A stretch of 62,911 bases of DNA, counting the filler, from Saprolegnia diclina VS20 (lineage: Eukaryota): the NCBI RefSeq assembly GCF_000281045.1. It is 5 parts of 2 records of this genome, joined end to end, with 100 filler letters (N's around TTAATTAATTAA, not from the genome) between each part and the next. Parts side by side here need not be neighbours in the genome. Positions count along the whole stretch, not along the records: positions 39,262 to 51,185 come from NW_008246141.1; positions 51,286 to 62,911 come from NW_008246142.1; 3 more parts are not named here. One strand, written 5' to 3'. The translations under genes were made by a program, and so were the position numbers. This document shows, piece by piece, positions 43,573 to 54,569 of the stretch (the first letter of the stretch is position 1; each line of letters starts with the position of its first letter). The notes under the pieces are model-generated. The model was given only the letters and a program-made list of their open reading frames with translations, had not been told where the DNA came from and made no database searches.

Positions 43573-44828
43573 ACAATCGCTTCTGCGATAGTAGCACCGC
43601 TCGTTGGTTTGAGCTCTCGATACAAGCACCTTAAACCCCAAAACTGGAGCCAAGCCTGGAAGACCTAGGGTCGAAGCGACGGCCCGCAGGTCGTCGTCCT
43701 CGACGCCAAAGCCTCTGCGACTTCGGCTGGAGGCAGCGGCAGCACAGGACGGTGTGGCCCGAAGGAGCGGCCGCCGGAGCTACGACTCGATAGGTCGGCG
43801 GTGATGGCCATGAGGCGCGCCGCGTAGCCTTGCCAGCATCGTGGCGAAGGTGTTGCTAGCTAGTCTTGGACATAACTCCACACACACAGCGCTAAGAACT
43901 GTATGGCTCGGTCATTGCGATGCATGCCAAGGCGTCCATGGAATAGCTGCAGTCCGCTGCCTTCCTTGATCGTATGCCTGTGTGAGGTACCTTCCGAGGC
44001 GCAGTCTCTATCCCGCTCGTCACCGAGTTGAAGCGTTGCATCACATGATCGTAGGCTTAACACCGCAGGCGGCAACGCTGCTGGGGCCAAGTCCCTCGTA
44101 CGACCCGATAATCAGACAAATGTGCAGTTATAGAGATGAAGATGGTATTCTTGCTACCGCGCTCGTGAGGTACGCCTGTCGGAGGGCGCTTGGTCGAGGC
44201 TTGCGATTGGGCGAGGAACGAGATAGCGCACGCCAAGCGTCGGCGCAGAGAGCGTCGAGCGCTTCGGCAAGCGACAGCCCCACGGCGCGACGAGCCCAGT
44301 GCCGGACATGATGCAATTGCGCAATGGTAGATGCCTTGATCGCAAGCGCAGCAGTGGGAAGGTGCGTCAACGTCGAGCCAAACACCCGGGTCGTGCGCCA
44401 GCCAGAGCCGGCACCCGTCGCACGATCCTATAGTTCTTGTTCCGTGCGTCGGCCGTTCGGAGTGGGCTCCTGCGCGTTAGCTCTGCGCGTTATGATGGCC
44501 CGTGGGTTTGAGAGAGGGACGTCTACCCACGGCCTGTCCGACGGACGAGAAAGACGAGAGTAGTATGATGGACCATTGACAGCGACGCCCACATACGCTG
44601 TATACGCAGCAGTGTTCGTGACGAGGAGTGGCCGCATGACGCAGCCGCTCGCCAGTAGCCGTTCGTTGTCGTCGTAGTAATCACGCTGCTGCATCAACAC
44701 AAGTGTGGAGCTGCAAGTAGCCGCGCCTTACTCACTGCGCACCCACCGCCTCGTGTGTTGCGCAACCACAAACGCAGTAGTCGAGGAATCGTGGCATAAA
44801 TTAAGATTAAGACGGCGGCGTGGGTGGT

Positions 44829-45587
44829 TCAACACCGCCCGTCGAGGCTACTAGTGCGACTCAGACTTGGAGCACGATAGGCGTCGGTCGCAGCGGCGCT
44901 CTTGAAGTGAGCAAAGCAGAAACCCTTGTTGCGCGCGTTCTTTCGACAGGTCGCCACGCTGCACTTTTTGCCACCGCCGTGTTTGATGCAGCGGCCACCC
45001 GTGACCGCGCCCTTGACGCACCCGGGCATCGAGCACCGGTGGCCGCCACCGTGGGCAACGCAGTAGTTGCCGCTCACAGCGCTCCGACTGCACATGTCGA
45101 ACTGGCAACGCTTCCCGCCGCCATGCGCGATGCAGTAGCCGCCCGAGAGCGCGTACTTGGTGCACCCGGCGTCGTTGCAGCGCCGGCCGCCACCGTGCTG
45201 CGCGCAGTAGCCGCCGAGGAGCGCCGACTTGGCACACTCGGCCGCGATGCAGCGCTTGCCGCCGCCGTGCGAGATGCAGAGGCCACCTTCCTTTGCGCTC
45301 TTGACGCAGCCCGCGACTTCACAACGCTTGCCACCGCCGTGCGCGATGCAGTAGCCACCGGTCTTGGCCCGTTTGGGGCACGCGTCCCATTGGCAGAGCT
45401 TTCGGCCGAGGAGCGGCTTGAGCAATGGTGTTGGGCGCGGCGGCGGTGCAACCGGCTTGGCGTCGGCCGACGTCAGGCTGTCGTACATGGCTTGGGCCTG
45501 GCGGTGGAGGAGGCAGACGCTCTTGAGCTTGGCGAAGCGCGTGCAGCCGGGCACGGCGCAGAGCGTCGAGAACTCGGGGAGCATCAT
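44829..45587 (-). CDS. C3H zinc-finger repeat protein (WRKY19-like C-x4-C-x9-C-x2-H-GGG repeats)
   Basis: Seven tandem ~24-aa units (e.g. CEVAGCVKSAKEGGLCISHGGGKR) plus one N-terminal finger. Start taken at MMLPEF. Confidence 0.88.
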   Translation of the reverse strand: MMLPEFSTLCAVPGCTRFAKLKSVCLLHRQAQAMYDSLTSADAKPVAPPPRPTPLLKPLLGRKLCQWDACPKRAKTGGYCIAHGGGKRCEVAGCVKSAKEGGLCISHGGGKRCIAAECAKSALLGGYCAQHGGGRRCNDAGCTKYALSGGYCIAHGGGKRCQFDMCSRSAVSGNYCVAHGGGHRCSMPGCVKGAVTGGRCIKHGGGKKCSVATCRKNARNKGFCFAHFKSAAATDAYRAPSLSRTSSLDGRC

Positions 45588-46672
45588 CTTTCGTGCGATA
45601 AAATAAAAACTGAAGTGCTCGATTTCGAACCGCCACCGGCTGGCGGCCCGACCAGTGGCGGGCCAGAGGTGGATGTTGGCGCGGGACAAACCATCTGGTT
45701 CGCGGCTGTCGCGATGACACCACCGGTGCGCGGAGTGAACAGTCGCCTGCTCACTTTCGCGCGAGTCGCCATCAGCATCCCACCTCCCACGAGGTCGATC
45801 CTCCTCACACTCGAATCCAGTGTTGACGCAACCCACGGGTAGCCAATCTCGGCGCGAAAGAAGCGGTGGCAGCACAGATCTCAGGTCAAGGTCGGACTCG
45901 ATGACACCCATATGTGGCGCGACACGGCGGCTTCCAACGTATACAGGTATACAAGCACGCTGGAAATTTGTAAACGTCGCTCCATCTGCCGACTCGACGG
46001 AGTAAACGGTGCTTGCTTTCTCACGAGATCACCTACGCTTTTTGATGCACTGACTGCACTGGTGGTGGCCACGCGGTTGGAGAGCCCTGGAGATGGCTTG
46101 AGTCAAGCTCGCTCTACCACTACCATCGACATTCTTATTGCTTCTAACAAAGTATCGAATTTGACGCTATTCGCGTGGTCTAGTACTGTGATAGCTTATT
46201 GAACGGAAGGGCCTCGCACGACGGCCTCGCCATCTTGACGTACTACCGTCAGTGGCAAAGTGCATTCTTTCTCGTGCGCTGTGATTCGAATCTACACTGT
46301 ACGATGTACGCGTTTCTGATACCGTACGTACATACATTGTACGTACTGTTGTACCACGCAGTACGAGCAACGGGGTCTTCAGTGGCCGCCATCGCTGCCC
46401 ATCGCTGCCCGCATCATCCATGTCCTCGTACCGGTATATGTACTGGTCACGAGGTAGTGTAGGGACTCGTACTGACATTGACAGATCCTACGTCGATAGT
46501 CTAGAATGTTCAAGCAGACCGCTGCACCATTTTGTTGTGCAGCCTTTCTGGGTGTTGTTGGATACGATGACGTGGCGCCTCCGCAGCGTCGTCGTCCGTT
46601 GCGCGGCCTTTCGGTTGGGCTAAATATACACGGGCGTGGTTAAGGCATCGTAGAGTACACACTTACCGCAAC

Positions 46673-48613
46673 ATGTCGACGCCTGTCGTACCCATCTCGC
46701 CGACGGAGCAGGACACTGGTGCCTTTGACGCGACGCCGTCCAGCGCACGGCTGGCGGCGCTCCAGCGCGTTCAAGCGCGGGTTTTTGAGGCGCTCAAGCC
46801 CGTCATCGGGCTCGTCATCTGCTGCCTCATCGTGGCCGACTCGATCACGAACAACTGGAGCTTGAACGACTATACGGGCAACGCATACCACTTTCGGACG
46901 CCGGTACTGAGCGTCGCGACGGTCAATGACGTCCGCGCCCAGTACAACTTTCCCCTCCGATCTGTCTCGATCTCGCCCGCGGGCATTTGGATGTCGTTCT
47001 TCAACGTCTTGCAGTTGGCCACGGGCGACCCGGACATGTATCTGCTCACGGCGGGCTCGTACACCGTCAACAAAGCCATCTTGGACAAGCAAAGCCTCTG
47101 TACCGAAATGGCCAACCAGTACACTCTCCAAGCCACCACGAGCCTCTCGGCCGTCAAAATTGGCGCGTCCATGGACTATATGACATATCTGCAGGGCAAC
47201 ATTTTCTCGTCCTATGACACGAGCACGCTGCCGCACAATATGTCGGGCGCGGCGCTCACAAGCCTTGGGTTCCTCCCGGGGCGGCTGGCCACAGACCTCC
47301 GGCTTTCGTCGGCATTCAACGTCACCCCCGATGTGCCTTACTCAAGCGTCAACGTCTCTTTGTATCGCATTTACAGCAAGTCGTTCTGCAGCGGCTGCAC
47401 GCCATTGGCCGAGCTCGGACTCCTCGAATGCAAACTCACCTACTCGTACAACAGTACGTCGCGCGCGCTCGTTGTCCACTCCAGCAACGGCATTTTGGGG
47501 TCCACCCAAGACGTCGGCGTCCTCCTCCAGAAAAGTTCGTTTGTGTCGGCGGCCGTCTACATCAAGATTCTCAGTCTTCTCTGGGTCATTGTGAGTTTTG
47601 GCGCGAGTCGAAAGACGACCCGCTGGATCGAAGTCGAGACGTGGTTCACGCTGCCGTGGTACTCGAAGCTCTGGTACACGGTCGCGCCACCGATTTTTCG
47701 ATATGCTTCGAGCGCTGTGAGTCTCTCAACTTTTTACTACAACTGCGACGGCTTTGTCCTTGGCTACTCGATCGCTGTCATGCTCGACATGAACGCCTCG
47801 CTTGTCTACGCGCGGGAAGTCAACATCTACAACAGTCTCAGCCCGAATTCGTTCATGTCGCTGCAGCTCTACTCGATGGGCCTCCGGTTTCTGTGGGCCA
47901 ACTGCCTCGTCCTCAAGGGCCTCAAGATTGCCTTTCACTACCTTAGCAACGCGCAGACGACGGGCGACAACAAAATGGTGCGCTTCTGCAACCTCAGCTC
48001 GGTGCTTTTCATCTACCTCTCGGGCGTTGCGCTTCTCAATGTGAACCAACTCATTGAAATGAACAACAAGGCGCGAATCGACGTGCCGATCTACAACCTC
48101 CAGCGCATCAACGTCCACTTGGACGTCTTCGACTCGTGGTTTGTGCGCGCGCTCCCGACTGTGTTTGCGATTGGACTCATGAACCTCGTGTTCGTCCTTG
48201 CGCTCAACCACCTCTTTATGCGCTCGTGGTGGCGCCGACTCGAGCGCAACACGCTGGCGCGGCAGTTTATCTACAACTCGTCGGCGATTCTCGTTGAATT
48301 TTTTGATGAAAAAGACTTCAAGCCGGTCGACACCGACGTCAAGGCGATCGCGCCACTGGTCGTACCGGCGCGGTCGCTCTGCACGCTGCAGTGGCTCCTC
48401 ACGTGTCACTTGATTCGGTTTGGGCTCACCGAGTCGCCATCGGTCGTCAAGGCCATCGTGACGCGCACCGCGAGCAAGCAGAGCGGCGACCTCTTCATGG
48501 TCGTCCAAGACTCGGACGGCAACGTTCGCCTCTATGACGCCCACAAGGCCGAAGTGCAAAGCCTCGGCATGGAAGTCAAAATTCTCAACAACACCAACTA
48601 CATCATCGCGTAA
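46673..48613 (+). CDS. 646-aa multi-pass membrane protein of unknown function; intronless
   Basis: Long ORF with an N-terminal TM, a ~230-aa Cys/N-glycan-site-bearing loop, then about five hydrophobic segments and a soluble tail. Confidence 0.85.
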   Translation: MSTPVVPISPTEQDTGAFDATPSSARLAALQRVQARVFEALKPVIGLVICCLIVADSITNNWSLNDYTGNAYHFRTPVLSVATVNDVRAQYNFPLRSVSISPAGIWMSFFNVLQLATGDPDMYLLTAGSYTVNKAILDKQSLCTEMANQYTLQATTSLSAVKIGASMDYMTYLQGNIFSSYDTSTLPHNMSGAALTSLGFLPGRLATDLRLSSAFNVTPDVPYSSVNVSLYRIYSKSFCSGCTPLAELGLLECKLTYSYNSTSRALVVHSSNGILGSTQDVGVLLQKSSFVSAAVYIKILSLLWVIVSFGASRKTTRWIEVETWFTLPWYSKLWYTVAPPIFRYASSAVSLSTFYYNCDGFVLGYSIAVMLDMNASLVYAREVNIYNSLSPNSFMSLQLYSMGLRFLWANCLVLKGLKIAFHYLSNAQTTGDNKMVRFCNLSSVLFIYLSGVALLNVNQLIEMNNKARIDVPIYNLQRINVHLDVFDSWFVRALPTVFAIGLMNLVFVLALNHLFMRSWWRRLERNTLARQFIYNSSAILVEFFDEKDFKPVDTDVKAIAPLVVPARSLCTLQWLLTCHLIRFGLTESPSVVKAIVTRTASKQSGDLFMVVQDSDGNVRLYDAHKAEVQSLGMEVKILNNTNYIIA

Positions 48614-48711
48614 GACCAAGCTGGATTTATGTTGTACAATATATATACTTTATAAACATATTCGCCGGTGACGAGCGACTTCACGAGCAGACGACTGTTT
48701 GTGTCGGCCAA

Positions 48712-48877
48712 AGGTGCAAAGAAAAGGGAGGCATGTAGAACGGTTTCCGGAACACTACCACCCAATGTGAGCTAAATGATGCGAGCTAGTGTTTAGGTGC
48801 AAAGAAAAGGGAGGCATGTAAAACGGTTTCCGGAACACTACCACCCAATGTGAGCTAAATGATGCGAGCTAGTGTTT
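48712..48877. repeat. 83-bp tandem duplication (one mismatch)
   Basis: 48712-48794 and 48795-48877 differ only at TAGAAC/TAAAAC. Confidence 0.95.
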
Positions 48878-49416
48878 GGGGAGGTGGGATTGCGCCACAG
48901 TAGTCACGTCAGAGGGACGCGACTTTTTGACGAGAAGGACCCAGAGAAGGACCGAACGCATTTTCCATCGGCGCGATGCGCGACGTACAAGCGCAGGCGC
49001 CTGTCCGCACTCATGTCGCCATCCAGAACTTCGCCGTAAGAGTCGGAACCAAATCGCACGCGGTCTCCTTTGCATACTCGTACATGTTGTATAGAGCGTC
49101 AACCGAGCGCTCAGAAGCGCTCGAGGTCATCTGAGCCTTCCGATTACTGTAGTCGTTGCTTTCTTGACTGCATTCAGTCACTCGACCGCTCGAATCAGAT
49201 ACCAGATGTAGAACATAGAAAACACGTGCTCCTTCGTGTCTTTGACCAAACGATGCCGTGTCCAAAGGCCCGAAACGTCATATCCCAAAAAGATCAACCA
49301 TACCGTGACGTGAGGCGTATCCTACCGTGGAAATTGGCAGTGGGAAAGAAGGTAGCGCACCAGATAGAATATACGATTAATCACAACAACAACCAACCAA
49401 ATAAACTTGAGAACGA

Positions 49417-50940
49417 TTACGTTTGAAGTCGGTGCAGCTCGTTCCGTAGTGCACGTCGCACGTGCAGTAGCGATGGCCGGTACGTCGGGTTCCAGTTCAT
49501 GCAGCTCTTGACGACGTTGGCGAGGGACTCGCCGGCCGCGGAGCTTCGACGCACGCCAGCTGTCGATGCCCCCTTGAAGACGGCCATTTCTTTCAAAAGC
49601 GCGCCAAGGGCAAAAATGTCGGCTTGGACCGTGTACTGGAGCCCCGAGAGGATCTCGGGGGCCGCGCGCTGCGTGCTATACACGTCAACAAAGTCGTCTT
49701 CTTCGCGGAGCCAGCCAAAGTCGCAGAGCTTGGCTTCGCCCCGTGCGTTGAGATAGACGCTCGACGACGAGATGTTGCGGTGGGTCACGCCCTTGGCGTG
49801 GATGTACAAGAGACCTTCGACGATGCGCACCGCGTAGTCCAATTTCGTGACGAGCGCTTCGTCATCGTTCGCAATCGTTAAATAGTCCTTGAGCCGGCCT
49901 CGGTCCATGCACTCAAAGACAAGTTGTAGCTCCGTGGGTTTGGTCCAGAGTACACCGTGCATTGTCACCAGGTATGCGCTCGTGAGCCTACACAATACTC
50001 TATAACGCGTCCACCAAATCGAACGATAGACCTACTTGACACGGAGGAGGAGGTGGCCGACGCGCGTTTGGACGTCGACGTTGGCCGACAACTGCCGCTT
50101 TTGAACGACGACGCGGTTGCCGTCGTAGAGAGCTTGGTAGCTCTCGATACCGACCATGTTGACGGCGGCCGTCTGCGTCGGGTCAGCCTCGGCGTGGAGG
50201 AGATGGAGCTTGTGCGGCAGGAGCTGGTACGGCGTGATGGCCCCCAAATCTTGCTGGAAGCTGGACCGAAGTGACGTCAGCGTCAGCGTCGCGTTCGTAT
50301 CGTGGAGCGACCGGTCGTACACTTCGTCGTCGGCCTCTTCGTGGACGAGACCGTTGTTGGTGAGGATCGTGACGCCGGCAACATTCAAGGGCGATGACTT
50401 GAAGTTGTGAGCGCTCTTGAGGAGCGGGTTTTCACGGCGTCTTCGCCGAGCGAGCAAGCACGTGGCAACAACGATGATGGCGACGGCGACGAGCCCGATG
50501 CCAATGTAGAGACCCGTGTTGATTTCGTCGCTCGACGACGTCGTCGCGTCGGTCAGCGTCGGTGTCGGCGACACCGTAGCGGGTATGGCGGTCGGCACCA
50601 CAACTGTCGTGTTGGGTGTTGTAATGTTGGGCACCGGCGCGGTCGTTGTCTCTTGTGGAATCGTCGACGGTACAATCGTGGTGCCATTGAGTTGAAGGAT
50701 CGAGCGGACGCGCGCACACCAGCCGCCCGGTACGTCGTAGCCCGAGACACCATAGAGCGACTTGTACTGGGCGCCGCAAGAGAGCTCCCGCGTCGGCCGG
50801 CGGTCGCACTCGGGCATGCGGTCGACCCACGCGCAGTGGACGCCGTCGATCGAGCCGCACGCGACGTCGTTGTTGTCGTTGAGGCGGAAGGCCGCGATCC
50901 CGAGCGTATCGGGGAGACACGTCCACGTCGAGTTGGTCAT
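49417..50940 (-). CDS. Receptor-like TKL (pseudo)kinase: Cys-rich ectodomain, S/T/P stalk, TM, kinase domain; 2 exons
   Basis: Ectodomain RLNDNNDVACGSIDGVHCAW..LSCG..YGVSGYD..GWC; TM LYIGIGLVAVAIIVVATCLLA then RRRRR; intron 49988-50035; kinase motifs LVFECMDRG, HRNISSSSV, CDFG, AAPE and ADIFALG. Confidence 0.85.
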
Positions 50941-51185
50941 TGCCAGCAAACTCTGTCGGTGGAATCGCGATGTGAGCAGCTCCAAAATGGAGCCACAGGA
51001 TCGAATGCGAGATCCGGCAAAGTGGCGCTGGCGACCGCATGTATTCCATACGCAAAAACAGCTGGTGCGATCTGAGGTGGCGTGCAGTGCCACCGCCGCT
51101 GCATGTTTGTACTTTGACACCAAGGGTACTAGCGTAGAGCTCTATCACTGTTTGGACTCGATATTGTCGTTGAGCACCAAACAAT

Positions 51186-51285
51186 NNNNNNNNNNNNNNN
51201 NNNNNNNNNNNNNNNNNNNNNNNNNNNNNTTAATTAATTAANNNNNNNNNNNNNNNNNNNNNNNNNNNNNNNNNNNNNNNNNNNN
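51186..51285. other. Artificial contig linker N44-TTAATTAATTAA-N44
   Basis: Same 100-bp structure. Confidence 0.97.
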
Positions 51286-51652
51286 GCTTCTGTCGAGTCG
51301 CCAACGAAGCGTCAACCCCAGCAGTCGAGCCTGCAACCGACCGGTTGGGACGAGCCAAAGTATAGTTCCACGTCGCAAGGCGAATGATGAATGGTCTGCA
51401 TACTTGGTAAATTGATAGAATTCCCAACTCAACCGCTGAAAGCGCCACGACAGTAGAGAGATTTCGGAAATCGCCTGTACCCGTACCAGTACCCGTATAT
51501 TTCTGATTTTTTTGCGGGTGGAGGTAATTGTAGGGAGGTCGCATTCGTCGATTTCGGAGCCCGGTTTTTCCCTTACCCGCAGCACGCGACGGATATGAGT
51601 TGCATATCCGGATGCTCGGCGTCATTTCCAAACCACTCGTCTGTTAGAAAGG

Positions 51653-52195
51653 ATGCAGCAGGAGCGTCTCGTCCTCCTACTGCTTTGGTGGAGGAAGAAC
51701 CGCAAGAAGCGGTTCGCGCGGTCGAGGGTCCTCGCCATCATGGCTACTTGGATCGTCGAGCGTCCTCTAGTACCTGACGTTCGCTTTGCTCTTCACGAGA
51801 TGCGCAATGCAGATGCTATACTTTCATTTCGCTTTGATGTGCAGAGCATTGTACGCCTCGCCGATGTCCTCGGCCTGCCCCACGTGGTTAAAACCGAGGA
51901 AGGAGACAAAGTGTATGGTGTAGAGGCGATGTGCATCATGTTAAAGCGAATGAAGTACCCGATAACCTACTACGATATGATGCAAACGTTTGGGCGCTCT
52001 CGTGGCCAATTGGCGCGCATCTACAACTACACCATCGATTTTCTCTACGCTCAATGGGAGCATACGATCTACTTCGCCGACTACGTCGACCGTGATCGCT
52101 TACAGCTCTATGCTGATGTGGTGCACCGCCACGGCGCCCCAACGATCAATGTCTTTGCCTTTCCCGATGGCACCAAGGTCGAGACGTGCCGCCCG
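51653..52195 (+). pseudogene. Truncated Harbinger-type DDE transposase (N-terminal HTH region up to the first catalytic Asp)
   Basis: FRFD..IVRLADVLGLP..EAMCIMLKRMKYP..DMMQTFGRS..L.LYADVVHRHGAP..FAFPDGTKVETCRP, then reads into the antisense of ORF2. Confidence 0.85.
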
Positions 52196-52528
52196 CATGC
52201 TTCCGTCGACGAGCTCCACAATCTCGTCGAGCAGCTTCGTCGTCTCCGACTCGTCCTCATCGACACCAGACAAAGTCATAGATTCAGCATTAGCCTTACG
52301 GTGCTTCTCTTGGAGAAGTTGGAAACGGCCCTGGAGCCTCTTGACGTCGACGTCGCGGTCGAAGTCTTCGCACTCGTTGAGGATCTTGACAACCGCTTCC
52401 CACCGCGGCAAGGCCGGGCCCAGAGACTGTTCCGTAAGAAACGGGCGCTCGAGGTTCAGCTGTCGAAGCAGCATGAGGTCCTCGTCGGCAGTCCAGTTGC
52501 GGCGCTTTGGCGCCTCCTTGGGTGGCAT
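52196..52528 (-). pseudogene. Truncated Myb/SANT-like transposon ORF2
   Basis: RRNWTADEDLMLLRQL..RPF..RWEAVVKIL..KRLQGRFQLLQEKHRK..SGVDEDESETTKLLDEIVEL. Confidence 0.8.
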
Positions 52529-52826
52529 GGCTTGTCAAACTGGCGCGCCCTCCTCCACACAAAACCATGGTCCTGTGTTTGCGCAATCGCAGGCCACATG
52601 ACCCATGCGCTTACGTAATCACAAAATGGCTCTGCTGGTACGGATTGGGCGCCCGTGCAAATCGCTAAATCCAAGGATTCCAGCATCGAGTTTCAACGGG
52701 TATCCGTAGACGCTTTAATTCTGACAGGTTTTTTTCTACGGGTACCGGTACAGATGGGCTCCGAAATCTCTCTAGTGTTAATAAAAAAGCGATTGGGTTA
52801 GATTTCAACTAGTTATCGGACGCGAC

Positions 52827-54569
52827 TTAGACAATTTTGGTCTCAAACTTGAACGACCAGCGCTGGTTGCTCTGGTTCTTGTCGCACGGCTGGAGGCTAA
52901 TGCCGGCGCTGTCGCCCGCGCTGCCCGTGGCCGCGAGACAGAAGCCGAGGTGGCCCGTGTGAAACCACTGGCCCGTCACGTCGTTGTAGAGCCACTTTTG
53001 GTTGACGTTGCTGTCGTCGCACGCGTACGTGTGGACGGCGTACCCGTTGTCCTTGCCGTACGCATCCAGACACGTCTTGCCCGACTTGGACGTGATGGTT
53101 TGCGGCACCGGGTCGTAGTACCACGCTGCGTTGTCGCTGTACGTCGCCGACATGCTCGGGTTCCACGAGACGCCGCCGTACCACTCGTTGAGGTACCCGT
53201 TGCCGTTGACTTGGATCTGCATCGGCTCGTCCTTGACGTCGCGCTTGGTGAACTTTTGGTTGGGCCCGTCGTAGCACCACCACATGCCCACCTTGTTGTT
53301 CTGCGTCGGGTCGACGTCCATGCACTGGTTGGCGCCGTTGAGGCTCTGGAGGTGACCGTCCGACGTAAACTGCCAGTTCTGGTTGGCGTTGCCGGCCGTG
53401 CAGCCGTAGACGTGCACGTTGAGCGGGTTGTTGCTACCGCCGTATGCGTCCAAGCACTGGTGCGACGCCTTGGAGTAGTACGCTTGCGAGTCGGGGTAGT
53501 AGAACCAGATCTCATTGTCGAGGTTCGAGGCCGGACCTTGCGCCGGCGCCTCGACGAGCAGCGCGTTCCAGTTGGTCGGGTCGACCTTGAGCACCGCATT
53601 GTCGCCGTGGTAGATGCGCGTCGCGATCGGCTTGCTCCCGACGGTGATGGCCTGCACCGGGCCCTTGAGGTTGATGTTCTTGTCAAAGATACCGAACGAC
53701 TGCTCGATCAAGTCGCCGGGGATCGCGAGGTCGATGGCCGAAAAGTAGTAGTAGTTGAGGCCGTGCTTCTCCGCAAACGCGAGAAAGTCCTTCGTGTACA
53801 CACCCTGCGCTTGCGGCGAGGCCTCGACGACGAGGTTCTTGTCGTCCGCCGTGCTCCAGCCCGTCTCCGAGATGATGATCGGCTTGCCCTGCGCGCGCGC
53901 CTGCTTCTGGACGTCGCCCCAGTGCCACCACAGCGTCTCGACGCCTTCGGCTGCCGTCTTGTTTTCCCAGAGCGAAAACTGGTTCACCGACACGACGTCG
54001 ACGGCCGAGTAGATGGCCGGGAAGAGGTTATATGCGTCCATGACATCGGCGATCGTGACGGGGAAGAGGATGCCCTTGCTGCGGAGGTACGAGCGCACGT
54101 TGGTCAAGTGGTCGACGAGGAGGTTGTAGCCCGTAAGGTCCGTCGCCGGGCGCTTGCCCTGGATGTAGTAGCGGTACAAGGCCTCGCTCGCGACTTGGAC
54201 GCCGGCCACGTTGTCGTTGCGCACTTGGTTCGACTCGACGAGCTGCTTGAGGTTCTTGAACTCGCTCGCAAACGCGTCCGAGACGCCGGACGCCGGGACG
54301 TCCGACCAGAGACCGATCCAGATCTTGAGGCCGGCGTCCTTGGCTGCGGTGAGGATCTTGCCCGTGCACGCCGTCGAGTAGATGCGCACTTGGCTCGTCG
54401 TCTTCTTGAAGGCCGCAAACTCGGCCGCGACCTCGTGCGCGTACTTGCAGCCGTCCTTGTCATAGCCGCGCGTGTCGTAGTTGAGACCGTCAAACTTGCG
54501 GTCGAGGGCCGCGGTGGGCGCGGCGAGGAGGGCCACGGCCGTAGCGAGGGCGAGGGACGGGACCTTCAT
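52827..54569 (-). CDS. Secreted GH17 beta-1,3-glucanase/transglucosylase with two ricin-B (CBM13) lectin domains; intronless
   Basis: Signal peptide; VRIYS, VASEALYR and IISETGW (both catalytic Glu present), EQSFGIF; QCLDAY..VHVYGC..NANQNW and NQKW/NQRW repeats. Confidence 0.92.
   Translation of the reverse strand: MKVPSLALATAVALLAAPTAALDRKFDGLNYDTRGYDKDGCKYAHEVAAEFAAFKKTTSQVRIYSTACTGKILTAAKDAGLKIWIGLWSDVPASGVSDAFASEFKNLKQLVESNQVRNDNVAGVQVASEALYRYYIQGKRPATDLTGYNLLVDHLTNVRSYLRSKGILFPVTIADVMDAYNLFPAIYSAVDVVSVNQFSLWENKTAAEGVETLWWHWGDVQKQARAQGKPIIISETGWSTADDKNLVVEASPQAQGVYTKDFLAFAEKHGLNYYYFSAIDLAIPGDLIEQSFGIFDKNINLKGPVQAITVGSKPIATRIYHGDNAVLKVDPTNWNALLVEAPAQGPASNLDNEIWFYYPDSQAYYSKASHQCLDAYGGSNNPLNVHVYGCTAGNANQNWQFTSDGHLQSLNGANQCMDVDPTQNNKVGMWWCYDGPNQKFTKRDVKDEPMQIQVNGNGYLNEWYGGVSWNPSMSATYSDNAAWYYDPVPQTITSKSGKTCLDAYGKDNGYAVHTYACDDSNVNQKWLYNDVTGQWFHTGHLGFCLAATGSAGDSAGISLQPCDKNQSNQRWSFKFETKIV

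Larger units (their letters stand above)
51455..52773. mobile_element. Internally deleted PIF/Harbinger (PHIS)-type DNA transposon, 1319 bp
   Basis: 14-bp perfect TIR AGAGAGATTTCGGA (51455-51468 / 52760-52773), extending imperfectly to ~35 bp. 3-bp TSD AGT (51452-51454, 52774-52776). Convergent transposase and Myb-like ORFs. Confidence 0.88.

Noticed and set aside
43422..43668. THTH and VCVC repeat peptides
   Set aside because: Translations of the (TG)n microsatellite.
44128..44700. Two same-frame minus ORFs split by one TAG (possible pseudogene or read-through)
   Set aside because: No recognisable domain; cannot support coding status.
51653..52618. 321-aa ORF as a complete transposase
   Set aside because: Only the part to ~52195 is transposase-like. 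The rest is antisense of the Myb-like ORF, and the second Asp and the Glu are missing.
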